A stretch of DNA of 64,000 nucleotides from a virus, in IMG/VR virus record IMGVR_UViG_3300050821_007134, positions 107,074 to 171,073 of that record. One strand, 5' to 3'. Of this stretch, positions 18,948 through 28,122 are shown in pieces (positions within the stretch are counted from its first letter, which is position 1; each line of letters starts with the position of its first letter). The notes under the pieces were generated by a model. That model did not search any database. It was given only the letters and a program-made list of their open reading frames with translations, and was not told the DNA's origin. Position numbers and translations under genes: made by a program.

Positions 18948-19150
18948 AATGCCAGTATTGTGAGCAAGAAGCAACATGTAAATGTGCTTCATGCCCATTA
19001 AAATTTTGTGACTTTTGTGTTGAAGAACATCTTCACGGAAAAGGAATTCCAAGACGAAGTTGGGGTTCAAATAAAATTATGTTAGAGAAAAAGGGAGAGA
19101 CAGATGCAGGTGGAAGTATACTCAGATGGAAGCGCAACGATCGCGACTAA
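18944..19150 (+). CDS. B-box-like zinc-finger protein, 68 aa
   Basis: CQYC-x7-CASC-x4-CDFC-x3-H; ATGA-coupled start at 18944. Confidence 0.55.
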   Translation: MKCQYCEQEATCKCASCPLKFCDFCVEEHLHGKGIPRRSWGSNKIMLEKKGETDAGGSILRWKRNDRD

Positions 19151-19841
19151 ACCCGGCGGATATGGGTATGTAGTTGTAATTGACGGAGCACTTGAAAAAA
19201 CGGGCAGCGGCGCAATGCCACTGGCCACGAACAATGATGCCGAACTTGAAGGCGCAATTCAAGGCCTGAAAGCAGCTAAAGAAATCATTTATAATAACCC
19301 AAGACATTTCAATGCAGAATCTTCAGTTACATTGGTTAGTGATAGCCAAATAGTTCTCGGTTGGGTCAGTGGAGATTTGCAATTCAGGCAAGCCACTAAA
19401 CAAGACAAATACATTGAATTGGTTCAATTGGTGAATCAGCTTCGGGTAAAGACTCGTTGGGTTGAAGGTCATTCAGGAGATCCTTGGAACGAGAAATGTG
19501 ATGAACTCGCCAATGAAGCTCGTAAATCTTTGTTGCCTCCAGAAGCAGTAAAGCCTAAAAAAGAGAAAAAGAAGAAACAATTGTCACCCCCTGAAGGTCA
19601 ATTGTCACCCTCGACGGAAAACAATTGTAACCCTCAAGTCAATTTTAGCTGGAATCAGAAACCCGCTCCCGCCCCCCAGACTGAAGTCTGGGACCCTACA
19701 TTACATAAATTCCTTCCCCAACAACAAGACATGAGAACCGATAAAGAAAAATTATTTGCTATGACTGGCGTCTATATCGACACCGCTGTATTAATTAGAG
19801 TGTTACAAGAACTTGTAACTCGCGAGGAAAATCGAAAATGA
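19104..19841 (+). CDS. rnhA: Ribonuclease HI with C-terminal extension
   Basis: YSDGS, TNNDAEL, SDSQ, WVEGHSG, NEKCDELA catalytic motifs. Confidence 0.9.
   Translation: MQVEVYSDGSATIATKPGGYGYVVVIDGALEKTGSGAMPLATNNDAELEGAIQGLKAAKEIIYNNPRHFNAESSVTLVSDSQIVLGWVSGDLQFRQATKQDKYIELVQLVNQLRVKTRWVEGHSGDPWNEKCDELANEARKSLLPPEAVKPKKEKKKKQLSPPEGQLSPSTENNCNPQVNFSWNQKPAPAPQTEVWDPTLHKFLPQQQDMRTDKEKLFAMTGVYIDTAVLIRVLQELVTREENRK
19578..19633 (+). repeat. Three 12-bp direct repeats CAATTGT(C/A)ACCC at 19578, 19599 and 19622
   Basis: Read directly; spacing 21 and 23 bp; third copy in a different reading frame. Confidence 0.8.
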
Positions 19842-20470
19842 GCGTATATGCACCACTTGATACTGAGACCGGCGGCCTAGATCCTGAAATCGCAGATCTG
19901 TTGACCCTCTACATATGCATTATGGATGATAACTTCAATTTGTTAGATGAGCTTGATCTTCAGCTTAAGCCCGATGGTGGAAGACTCCCGAACGCTGACG
20001 CTGGCGCACTGCGCGTGAATGGCATAAATATTGCGGAGCATATGGCGGACCCTAAGACAATTACCTATTCCGAAGCTAAACCTCTGGTTGTCGCAATGCT
20101 TAAGAAGCATTACAAAAAGATAGGTAAGTCCATACAAACACGTACCATGGGCCATAACCTACCGTTCGACAATAGCTTTATCTGGAAGTATCTCATTCCA
20201 AAAGATGAGTGGACAAAGCTAGTTCACTATGGCATCATAGATACTAAGTCAAATACTGACTTCCTAAAGGATGCCGGATGGCTCCCAAAGGATGTAGGGA
20301 CGTTGATTTCTTTGGTCGAGTTCTTTGGGATACCTAAAAGGGACGCCCATAGAGCTAAGGGTGATACACTTATGTGCGTGGATGTTTATAAGGCCCAGTT
20401 AGGTCTTATGAAGTCTAAAAAGGAGAGCGCACCTCAACAAGACCTTATAAGTTTACTTGAACAGGAATAG
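19838..20470 (+). CDS. DEDDh 3'-5' exonuclease (DnaQ-like)
   Basis: LDTETGG, GHNLPFD, IDT, AHRAKGD. Confidence 0.85.
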   Translation: MSVYAPLDTETGGLDPEIADLLTLYICIMDDNFNLLDELDLQLKPDGGRLPNADAGALRVNGINIAEHMADPKTITYSEAKPLVVAMLKKHYKKIGKSIQTRTMGHNLPFDNSFIWKYLIPKDEWTKLVHYGIIDTKSNTDFLKDAGWLPKDVGTLISLVEFFGIPKRDAHRAKGDTLMCVDVYKAQLGLMKSKKESAPQQDLISLLEQE

Positions 20471-20479
20471 GAGAATAAA

Positions 20480-20623
20480 ATGAGCGTTGGTAGTAAATTA
20501 AAAAATCTGGCCGACAGAGCAAAAGAAGTTATGGCAAAATTTCAAGCCAAATCTAAACCAGGCCCGCTTGAAGTTAAAAGATTGAAAAATCGCGCAAAAC
20601 GTCGAAGACAGGGTCGAAGATGA
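20480..20623 (+). CDS. Small highly basic protein, 47 aa (MSVGSKLK...KNRAKRRRQGRR)
   Basis: AGGAG RBS; stop overlaps the next ATG; not in track. Confidence 0.65.
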   Translation: MSVGSKLKNLADRAKEVMAKFQAKSKPGPLEVKRLKNRAKRRRQGRR

Positions 20624-21126
20624 ACTTGATTGAGCTTTTATTAAAGCCGATCATTTGGTTCTGTATCAAGACTGGTAGGGTATTTAATATTACCGGGACT
20701 GGTCCTGACACTGACATATATCTGATCAGATATTATGTCTTTCAGAACAAATACTTCAATGTTTTCATTCATATCTTCCTAAGATCTGATCGAGACGATA
20801 TGCACGACCATCCGTGGAACTTTGGAACCTATGTTGTTCGCGGAGCCTATAAAGAACAAGTTCCTGACCCTATTGAAGGATCTCCCGACAATTTAAAAAT
20901 TAATAATAGAAGTGTAAATGAAAATCGATGGGCCACGAGAAAAGCTACACAGCTTCATCGCGTTATAGTGAGTAAAGAATTAACATTTGCCCAAAGAGAT
21001 CAAGGAACTATGACCGTCTGTTTCACTGGAAGAACCCGCCGTGACTGGGGCTTTGTTAAAGACGGTCAATGGGTTTTCTGGAAAAAGTATTTAGGACTAC
21101 CTGACGACGCACCGACGAGGGGATAA
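20620..21126 (+). CDS. Cupin-fold protein (HDHPW family)
   Basis: MHDHPWNF...GAYKE...LHRV...DWGF. Confidence 0.7.
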   Translation: MNLIELLLKPIIWFCIKTGRVFNITGTGPDTDIYLIRYYVFQNKYFNVFIHIFLRSDRDDMHDHPWNFGTYVVRGAYKEQVPDPIEGSPDNLKINNRSVNENRWATRKATQLHRVIVSKELTFAQRDQGTMTVCFTGRTRRDWGFVKDGQWVFWKKYLGLPDDAPTRG

Positions 21127-21599
21127 TGAAAGTTGCTAGAATTCCAATCAATAGGCTCGCCCTATCTAACGGAATTGAATCTGAAACATTTCAAGAAATG
21201 ATTAAGAACTTGCCTCCCAATTCAAAAATTGTAGGGATGGGAACCTCTTCTCATGAATTGGTTGACTACCTATTCATTGAAAATAACATGTTCAAAGATA
21301 CACCTGATGGTAGTACTCCTCCGGACATAGAAGCCATGTTTTCCCGCAGATATGATGGAAGTACATTTTGTAGCGGAGTCAATTGGAACAACGCCATGCC
21401 AAACCATAGCGCCGCCGCCCCTTCTGCTGTAAGTATCCAGCTCCCTCAAGGAATGAGTATTAATCGACAGGCTTTAAATTCACCTTCAAAATTTTGTGCT
21501 AAGGCCCCGTGGCCAAAAGATGAACACGAATGGATGACCTATGTAAGTCAATTTAAGAGTGAAGAAATTTGTAAGTTTTGTGGTGTTAATAAATCATGA
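21126..21599 (+). CDS. Hypothetical protein with C-terminal Cys/His motif
   Basis: C..HEW..CKFCG tail. Confidence 0.65.
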   Translation: MKVARIPINRLALSNGIESETFQEMIKNLPPNSKIVGMGTSSHELVDYLFIENNMFKDTPDGSTPPDIEAMFSRRYDGSTFCSGVNWNNAMPNHSAAAPSAVSIQLPQGMSINRQALNSPSKFCAKAPWPKDEHEWMTYVSQFKSEEICKFCGVNKS

Positions 21600-21814
21600 C
21601 CGCCAGAAGAGCATTAGAACTTATTTTACAAGTCCATGGATTGTCTTTGAATGAAGATGGTCTTATAGTCTCCCAAGACTCGGGAGATGTAGTCGGAGAA
21701 CTCCTGACAGTCAAATACGACGAAAAGGGCGGCCTTAGATATAGCATCAAAATGAATACCGCCATTGATTACATAGATTTAGATCTCGATATTGGAGATA
21801 CTCGTGAAAGTTAG
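21596..21814 (+). CDS. Hypothetical protein
   Basis: 72-aa coupled ORF. Confidence 0.6.
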   Translation: MTARRALELILQVHGLSLNEDGLIVSQDSGDVVGELLTVKYDEKGGLRYSIKMNTAIDYIDLDLDIGDTRES

Positions 21815-24800
21815 TCCCCATTGCCATGCTGAAAGTCCGCTTACGGGAAGTACCGTTGCGAATTTAATAGCCCGAGCCAAAGAGCTTGGTAGGACTCACT
21901 TTGCTTATACGGATCACGGTCATCTTTCTTCTGTCTTAAAGGCCTATTCACTTTGTAAACCAGCCAAGAAACACAAACTAGAATATATGAAAAGGGGCCT
22001 TACTTTTATTCCTGGTATTGAAATTTATTTCAAAGATCCAAGTTGTCCCATAACAAACGGAACTGAAGTCGCTCGCTGCAAATATTTCACTTTGACTATT
22101 CATTGCCAAGATCAAGATGCCTATCAAGAACTCGTTAGAATCGTCAGTCGCACGGATATGCCGACCATTGAGATCTATGAACAGACTCAACAATTATGGT
22201 CTTGGCCGGAACTTGAGAGAATGGCATCCAAGAATATCACCGTTGTTTTGGGCGGACCCCATGATATCGTCGGCAAGGCTATGTTGGCCGGTAGAGCCGA
22301 TATAAGCGAGAAGACGCTATTAAAGTTAAATACGATTTTCCATAATAAACTTTATGTTTCTTTGATTTGTGAGCCATGGAGCAAGAAATATCACAGTATC
22401 GTCAAGATCGACTATGAAGACGGCACCCATGATTCCATGTTTACTTCTGATCAAGTTCAAACAGATAAAGCTAGAAAAATGCCCGCCGGAGATCTCCTCA
22501 GTAAAAGATTTCACTCAAGGATTGAAGCCAAAACAGTGGGCGGAGTTTTCAATCTAGTCGGTAAAGATATTAAAAAAGTAACTCTACATAAGGGATTTCT
22601 GCCAATGCCTGGCGGAGATTTCATGACCAAAGTAAATAGGCTCCTAAAGGCTTTGGCCAAAAAGCATGGCATCAAAATTCTAGTATCCGACTATGCTTAC
22701 ATGGCCAACAAAGAAGATAAAATCGTTCAAACAATGCGTCTCGAAGGAAATGATAAACTTCAGCCAAATCTCTATATGAAGAATGAAGAAGAGATTTTAG
22801 CTTATCTTACTACGATCATGGGAATTCCCCTGGAAGAAGCCCAAAGTTACCTTAAAAACAACGAAGAATGGGCACATTCCTTTGATCGTGTGAAATTAGA
22901 ATACCCCTGGCGTTTGGCAGACTCGGGCGGCGACGCTTTAAAAATCTGTATGGAAATCATCAAAAAGAATGGCCGTATGAAGTGGGACGATCCCACTTGG
23001 GTCTCAAGACTTCGAGAAGAGTTAAATATCATTTGTCGGAATGGAGTTTATGACTTCACTCCCTATTTCTTACCCATTCGAGACGTTCTTAACCATTATC
23101 TCGAAAATGGCCAACTTGTCGGCCCTGGCCGGGGATCTGCGGGCGGCAGTCTATTCTGTTATCTAATGGGGATCACACAAATAGTTCCCTTTAAATATGA
23201 CCTACCCTTTACTCGATTCTTTTCTAAAGCGCGGGTCGTTAGTAAGAAACTTCCAGACGTTGACGTTGACTTGGAAGACCGCGAGCTTTTAGTTGGTTCA
23301 GATGGCAAATCAGGTTACCTTTATGGCCGATGGGGTAATAAAGCGGCCCAAATTTCGACCCGTACTACCATTCGTCTTAAAAGCGCCATAAAGGACACTA
23401 ATCGGTACTTTAAGGGAAAGGTAGAGGACGAAATAGAAACGTTCACGGAGAGCCTTCCTGCGCCGCCACAGGGTGTTTCTGACCTAGGATTCGTGTTTGG
23501 GTTCGAAGACGATGAAGGTAACCAAATTGAAGGCCTAATCGACCAAAATGAACAGCTTCAAAAATATGCTCAGGATAGGCCTGAAGAATGGGAAATCGTA
23601 AGTAAATCCATGGGATTAGTTCGAGCATATTCAAAACATGCCTCGGCATTCGTTCTATCCAACGTTCCAATCAGTGAAACCCTCCCGACAAAAGAGGGAT
23701 ACATAACCCAGTACGAAGCCAAGGAATGCGAATCGGCAGGCCTTATCAAATATGACTTCCTGGTAGTTAAACAGCTAAAAGACATTCGAATCTGTTTGGA
23801 TCTCATAAATAAGAAAAACAAGGAATATCGAGCCCCGATGTCGCCCGACGATGTTGTTGGTTGGTGGCATCCCGAAAGTGATAGCGGCGTTTGCGCTAAG
23901 TGTCAGAACGTAAGTGAAACAGTAGAGAATCTGGATGGACAAGTAGATCTTGTTTATAGGAAAGAAGCCAGACCAGAACATATTTGCGGAAACCATGATT
24001 GTCAGATTCTATTCAAAGATGTTCGCACGGGCAATCAGGTTGGATGGTTCACCTACCAAGGGAAGAAAACATACATTTGGGATCTTCCAGAAGAAATGGC
24101 CGTATTCCAAGCGATTTGGGGCGGGGCCACCGAAACACAGTTTCAAATTAACTCAAGATCTATGACACCATTTGTCATGAATATTTTGCCCAAAAACATC
24201 ATGGACCTTGCATCTATTCTGGCCGTCGATCGCCCTGGTCCAATTGACTACATAATCGAAGAAAAGGGAATCACAATGGCCGCTGAATACGTAGAGCGAG
24301 TCAAAGGTAATTCCACATCCGACATTCCAGAACTATTGTCTATTTTACCCAACACTTACGGAACGATCATTTACCAAGAAGATCTTGGAAAGATCGCAAA
24401 ACAGCTCGCAGGGTTCTCAGATGAAGATGCAGAACTTCTCCGAGAAAATATGGCCAAAAAGAAGAAAGAAGAACTGATGAACATGAAACCCTTATTCATT
24501 AAGGGTGCCGCAGAAAAATTGTCTCCTGAAGTAGCAGAGAAAATGTGGGAGATGATGGTCACGTTCGCTCGTTACGGTTTCTCGATCATCCACGCTGTTG
24601 AATATGCCATGATTACCTATGCTTGTATGTTTTTGAAATATCACTATCCTTTGGAATGGTGGGCGGCTATCCTCACAAATGCAGAAGAAAAAGAAATCAC
24701 AAGTCAATTTTGGCCTTATGTAAAAGACATGGTCTTAGCTCCTGACATCAATTTGTCTGGAGATACGATGGTCGTGGATTATGGATCGGCTACCATTAGA

Positions 24801-25580
24801 TCAAAACTCGGTATCATTCGCGGTATCGGCGAGAAAACAATCGAGCCGATCGTTTCAAACAGACCATATAAAGACATTCAAGATTTCGTCGACAAAGACG
24901 TTGCAGGTCCAAGCTTATCTCATAAGTTGATTCACGTAGGAGTATTGGATAGCCTTTTTCCCTCTACAGCTAATTTGATTGAAAAATTAAAGCTTTTCGA
25001 GGAAGCCCGCGAGCTGCGAGAATATCGAGATAGGGTAAAAGAAGCACAAGAAAAAGGGAAAACTGTCCGAGCGACCGGACCCAGACAAGCTCAGATTCCC
25101 GAGGATTATCAAAACTTAAGCCCCATAAAAGAAGCGGCCATGAAGAAGTCTGTTCTTACAAGTTTGCCAATCGACCTACACTCTTTGGGCGCCAAATATT
25201 CTAAAGTCATCATGCCATATGTCAATAGGCCTACAGTTATGAGTCCTCGCGGATTCGAAACACTTTTAATCAATGGAGCACAGCTAGATAGACTCGAACA
25301 GGTGCCAGGCGATCAAATCACAAAAAGTGTTTATGTTGCCGCAACATGTTACGTAGTTGAAGCCAAAGAATTTGCATATGCCAAAAATACCAAGAAGGCC
25401 TTGAAGGTAATCATGGACGTAGATGGATTCGTAAGTGAAAAGGTGTTGTGGCCCGATTACAACACTGGCGAACTTATGTATCCGAAAGAATTGAAAAAAG
25501 GCACAATAGCCACAGTGTTCATGAGAAAGAAAGATGGACGAAAAGACATGTCCATCATGGGGATCGTCGTTGAAGGCTAA
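21804..25580 (+). CDS. dnaE: DNA polymerase III alpha subunit (family C)
   Basis: PHP motifs HCH, TDHG, GIE; GPGRGSAGGS; PDVDVD; KHAS; KYDFL; IIYQE; YGFSIIHAVEY; GTG 21804 after GGAG. Confidence 0.95.
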   Translation: MKVSPHCHAESPLTGSTVANLIARAKELGRTHFAYTDHGHLSSVLKAYSLCKPAKKHKLEYMKRGLTFIPGIEIYFKDPSCPITNGTEVARCKYFTLTIHCQDQDAYQELVRIVSRTDMPTIEIYEQTQQLWSWPELERMASKNITVVLGGPHDIVGKAMLAGRADISEKTLLKLNTIFHNKLYVSLICEPWSKKYHSIVKIDYEDGTHDSMFTSDQVQTDKARKMPAGDLLSKRFHSRIEAKTVGGVFNLVGKDIKKVTLHKGFLPMPGGDFMTKVNRLLKALAKKHGIKILVSDYAYMANKEDKIVQTMRLEGNDKLQPNLYMKNEEEILAYLTTIMGIPLEEAQSYLKNNEEWAHSFDRVKLEYPWRLADSGGDALKICMEIIKKNGRMKWDDPTWVSRLREELNIICRNGVYDFTPYFLPIRDVLNHYLENGQLVGPGRGSAGGSLFCYLMGITQIVPFKYDLPFTRFFSKARVVSKKLPDVDVDLEDRELLVGSDGKSGYLYGRWGNKAAQISTRTTIRLKSAIKDTNRYFKGKVEDEIETFTESLPAPPQGVSDLGFVFGFEDDEGNQIEGLIDQNEQLQKYAQDRPEEWEIVSKSMGLVRAYSKHASAFVLSNVPISETLPTKEGYITQYEAKECESAGLIKYDFLVVKQLKDIRICLDLINKKNKEYRAPMSPDDVVGWWHPESDSGVCAKCQNVSETVENLDGQVDLVYRKEARPEHICGNHDCQILFKDVRTGNQVGWFTYQGKKTYIWDLPEEMAVFQAIWGGATETQFQINSRSMTPFVMNILPKNIMDLASILAVDRPGPIDYIIEEKGITMAAEYVERVKGNSTSDIPELLSILPNTYGTIIYQEDLGKIAKQLAGFSDEDAELLRENMAKKKKEELMNMKPLFIKGAAEKLSPEVAEKMWEMMVTFARYGFSIIHAVEYAMITYACMFLKYHYPLEWWAAILTNAEEKEITSQFWPYVKDMVLAPDINLSGDTMVVDYGSATIRSKLGIIRGIGEKTIEPIVSNRPYKDIQDFVDKDVAGPSLSHKLIHVGVLDSLFPSTANLIEKLKLFEEARELREYRDRVKEAQEKGKTVRATGPRQAQIPEDYQNLSPIKEAAMKKSVLTSLPIDLHSLGAKYSKVIMPYVNRPTVMSPRGFETLLINGAQLDRLEQVPGDQITKSVYVAATCYVVEAKEFAYAKNTKKALKVIMDVDGFVSEKVLWPDYNTGELMYPKELKKGTIATVFMRKKDGRKDMSIMGIVVEG

Positions 25581-25594
25581 CTGTATAAAACAAG

Positions 25595-25623
25595 TTGACA
25601 ATTGTGTACCAAAAGGATACATT
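25595..25623 (+). promoter_or_regulatory. sigma70-type promoter TTGACA-N17-TACATT
   Basis: Consensus -35, 17-bp spacer; ATG begins 7 nt after the -10 box. Confidence 0.7.
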
Positions 25624-25629
25624 CAAGGA

Positions 25630-26607
25630 ATGAGATGGATAGCGGCAGCACTCCTGACATTGACACCGGCCCTGGGCTTAGCGGGCCAAACCTTTTTACA
25701 AAAACCAATTACTGTCGCAGTGATAGACTCTGGTTTCGGATATAAGGGTTTGGGTCACAATGCAAAACTTTGCAAGTATGGCCACAAAGATTTCTCTATT
25801 GCTCAAGTTTATGATAGTCGATTTAATACATCAGATCCGATCCCCCTGGATGTTTCGGGCCACGGCACAAACGTTGCAGGATTGATTGAAGACTACGCTA
25901 AGGATGCAAATTTCTGTTTGGTCATCATAAAATATGTTAATCATTACAAAAAAGATGATACAAATACAGCACTTATGAAAGCGCTGAAATATGCAGACGA
26001 AATAAAAGTTGACATTATCAATTATAGCGGCGCGAGTATTGGCTACATTCCAGAAGAAGTGACTCTCATCAAAAAATTCATAGATTCTGGAGGGATATTC
26101 ATAACTTCCGCAGGTAACGATAAGAGCGAATTAAACGGAAAAACAAAATATAAAATTTATCCAGCTATGGATGACGACAGAATCATTGTCGTTGGCAGTA
26201 AAAATCCCTTCCCAGTTAAAAATCTATTTGCCTCTGGTGGCGAACTCGAAGAACACGGATGGAAAGTTGAAAATAGAATGCCTGACATCCAAGAAAAATT
26301 AGATAAAAATGGATTTTGTGTTTTAGAGATAGAGGAAGAAGCCAAAGATGTGATACAAGTAGATGACATGAACATTCCAGTTCCTTACAAGTATACGTAC
26401 TATCGAGTTCTCATTAAACATGACGATAAAGTTTTCTTAAAATCTGACTTCTCAAACTGGGGCCAAAGGGTCAATAGATGGGAAATCGGAGATATGCAGA
26501 CCTCGTATGGGATCACATTCAGTGGAACCAGCCAGGCCACCGCTATAGCCACAGGGAAACTTGTGGGTCAACTATACGAAAAGCTTAACAAATTGAGTGA
26601 GAGATGA
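25630..26607 (+). CDS. Subtilisin-like (S8) serine protease with signal peptide
   Basis: VAVIDSG (Asp), HGTNVAG (His), SAGND (oxyanion Asn), SGTSQAT (Ser); MRWIAAALLTLTPALGLA signal. Confidence 0.85.
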   Translation: MRWIAAALLTLTPALGLAGQTFLQKPITVAVIDSGFGYKGLGHNAKLCKYGHKDFSIAQVYDSRFNTSDPIPLDVSGHGTNVAGLIEDYAKDANFCLVIIKYVNHYKKDDTNTALMKALKYADEIKVDIINYSGASIGYIPEEVTLIKKFIDSGGIFITSAGNDKSELNGKTKYKIYPAMDDDRIIVVGSKNPFPVKNLFASGGELEEHGWKVENRMPDIQEKLDKNGFCVLEIEEEAKDVIQVDDMNIPVPYKYTYYRVLIKHDDKVFLKSDFSNWGQRVNRWEIGDMQTSYGITFSGTSQATAIATGKLVGQLYEKLNKLSER

Positions 26608-26861
26608 ACAGTTACGGAAATAAAAGTCCCTACCATGCATACGAGTTTGCCAATAAAGTCATTCGAAAGACGAAACTTGACAAGGTAACTCTTACAATGT
26701 GCGAAAATCAAATCAGTGGAAAGATTTTTGTTGAATTTTCCACGAGAAGTGGTAAGTTGAAGCTTCAGCGGAATTTCGAAACCTTAGATAAGGCCGAAGT
26801 TTTCGCAGAAAAAATTAAATCGGCAGATGATCTAAAAAAATATTTCGGCCTTGAGGCCTAG
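26604..26861 (+). CDS. Hypothetical protein
   Basis: 85-aa coupled ORF. Confidence 0.65.
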   Translation: MNSYGNKSPYHAYEFANKVIRKTKLDKVTLTMCENQISGKIFVEFSTRSGKLKLQRNFETLDKAEVFAEKIKSADDLKKYFGLEA

Positions 26862-26869
26862 GAGACAAA

Positions 26870-27175
26870 ATGGAACTTTTAATTAATGCAAAAGAAGCGC
26901 AGGGAATTTCAAAACGCAATGGCGGCCTTTATTCTCTTGTCGATAATCTTAAAGTCTATATCACACGAGCTGCCGATCAAGGACTTCGCGATACTTCCTA
27001 CTCAACTTTTGGAATATCGAGAAACGAGACTCTTAAAAAATCAAGAAATACCCTGACCAAGAGAGAATTAAAAATAGTAACAGGCTTATTAACTAAGCAG
27101 GGTTTTAAATTTTCAATTAAAAGAAGCAGAATGAATACCACTGGACTATACGACGTAATCACCGTGAAATGGTAG
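26870..27175 (+). CDS. Hypothetical basic protein
   Basis: AGGAG RBS. Confidence 0.7.
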   Translation: MELLINAKEAQGISKRNGGLYSLVDNLKVYITRAADQGLRDTSYSTFGISRNETLKKSRNTLTKRELKIVTGLLTKQGFKFSIKRSRMNTTGLYDVITVKW

Positions 27176-27182
27176 GAAGAAA

Positions 27183-27350
27183 ATGAAAAAGAAAGTAACA
27201 ATCACATTGACAGATCTATATCGCGCATGGAACTATGGCAAAAAGTATTCCGAGAATTATATCGGTAAACGCGCTAGTCAAAGTGCCATGGTTAGTTTGA
27301 TGGCGAAAAAATTGGGCCTTGTAAATAAATCAAAAGTGGAAGGATTATAA
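27183..27350 (+). CDS. Small hypothetical protein, 55 aa (MKKKVTITLTDLYRAW...)
   Basis: AGGA RBS; fills the gap; not in track. Confidence 0.6.
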   Translation: MKKKVTITLTDLYRAWNYGKKYSENYIGKRASQSAMVSLMAKKLGLVNKSKVEGL

Positions 27351-27351
27351 A

Positions 27352-28122
27352 ATGAATTTATCAGAAATTATCGACGAGATCAAAAAGACAAAACCTCTTG
27401 CAGAAGAAAATTTAGAGACGGGGCATTACTCCACTCTGAACGCTCGTCGAGGCCGACAAGCTCGCGCAATTGAAACCATGAAAGAACTTACCGAAGCATA
27501 TGCACAAACACTCACGCGTAGTTCAGTTTTTGTTCTCGTGGCTGGTGCTTTGAAAAATGATTTCGCATCTCTCGCGCTACAAAAGAAAGATGCCTTTGGT
27601 GCCGATCCTGAAGATTTCTACAAAGAGCTTCTTAAAGAGATCCATCCTAGTATGTATCAATCGGGTCCCTCCAATATTCTTGACATCTTAGGCCGGGTTA
27701 TTGAAAATAAAATGTTGACTCTTAATGTTAGAGAGTATAATCAGATCCAATATAAGGCCACATATTCGAACGCAATTAAAGGCGAAGCAGAAGTACTCCA
27801 ATTGATAAAAGACTCCGTGAATGATCAAATTGGTAGTGAAATCGCTGGCGCCAATGCTATCCGCACAACCATCGTTCCTGAAGCCATCAAGCGCGGCTAC
27901 GGCGGCGGAAAGACCCCAATCATCCTTACCTCTCAAGATGAAAAACTCACATTAAAATTAGTTTCTTCGCTTACTAGGATCACTCCAGATGTTTTCTTGG
28001 TAGTGGCCGGTCGCGCAACCAAAGATTTCAAGATCAAGGGTGCCATTGCCGTCAAAGAGGCAACCGAAGAATCAGTCAATGATGCAATGAAAACCATTAT
28101 GAGTCAGGTGAACCGCGTATGA
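27352..28122 (+). CDS. Hypothetical alpha/beta protein
   Basis: 256-aa ORF. Confidence 0.7.
   Translation: MNLSEIIDEIKKTKPLAEENLETGHYSTLNARRGRQARAIETMKELTEAYAQTLTRSSVFVLVAGALKNDFASLALQKKDAFGADPEDFYKELLKEIHPSMYQSGPSNILDILGRVIENKMLTLNVREYNQIQYKATYSNAIKGEAEVLQLIKDSVNDQIGSEIAGANAIRTTIVPEAIKRGYGGGKTPIILTSQDEKLTLKLVSSLTRITPDVFLVVAGRATKDFKIKGAIAVKEATEESVNDAMKTIMSQVNRV

Noticed and set aside
20480-20623. Phage-encoded ribosomal protein bS21
   Set aside because: Only compositional similarity; lacks the LRRFK and YEKP motifs
21804-25580. Intein or intron in dnaE
   Set aside because: Frame is uninterrupted; both inserts are only about 70-75 aa and lack Cys/Ser starts and His-Asn ends
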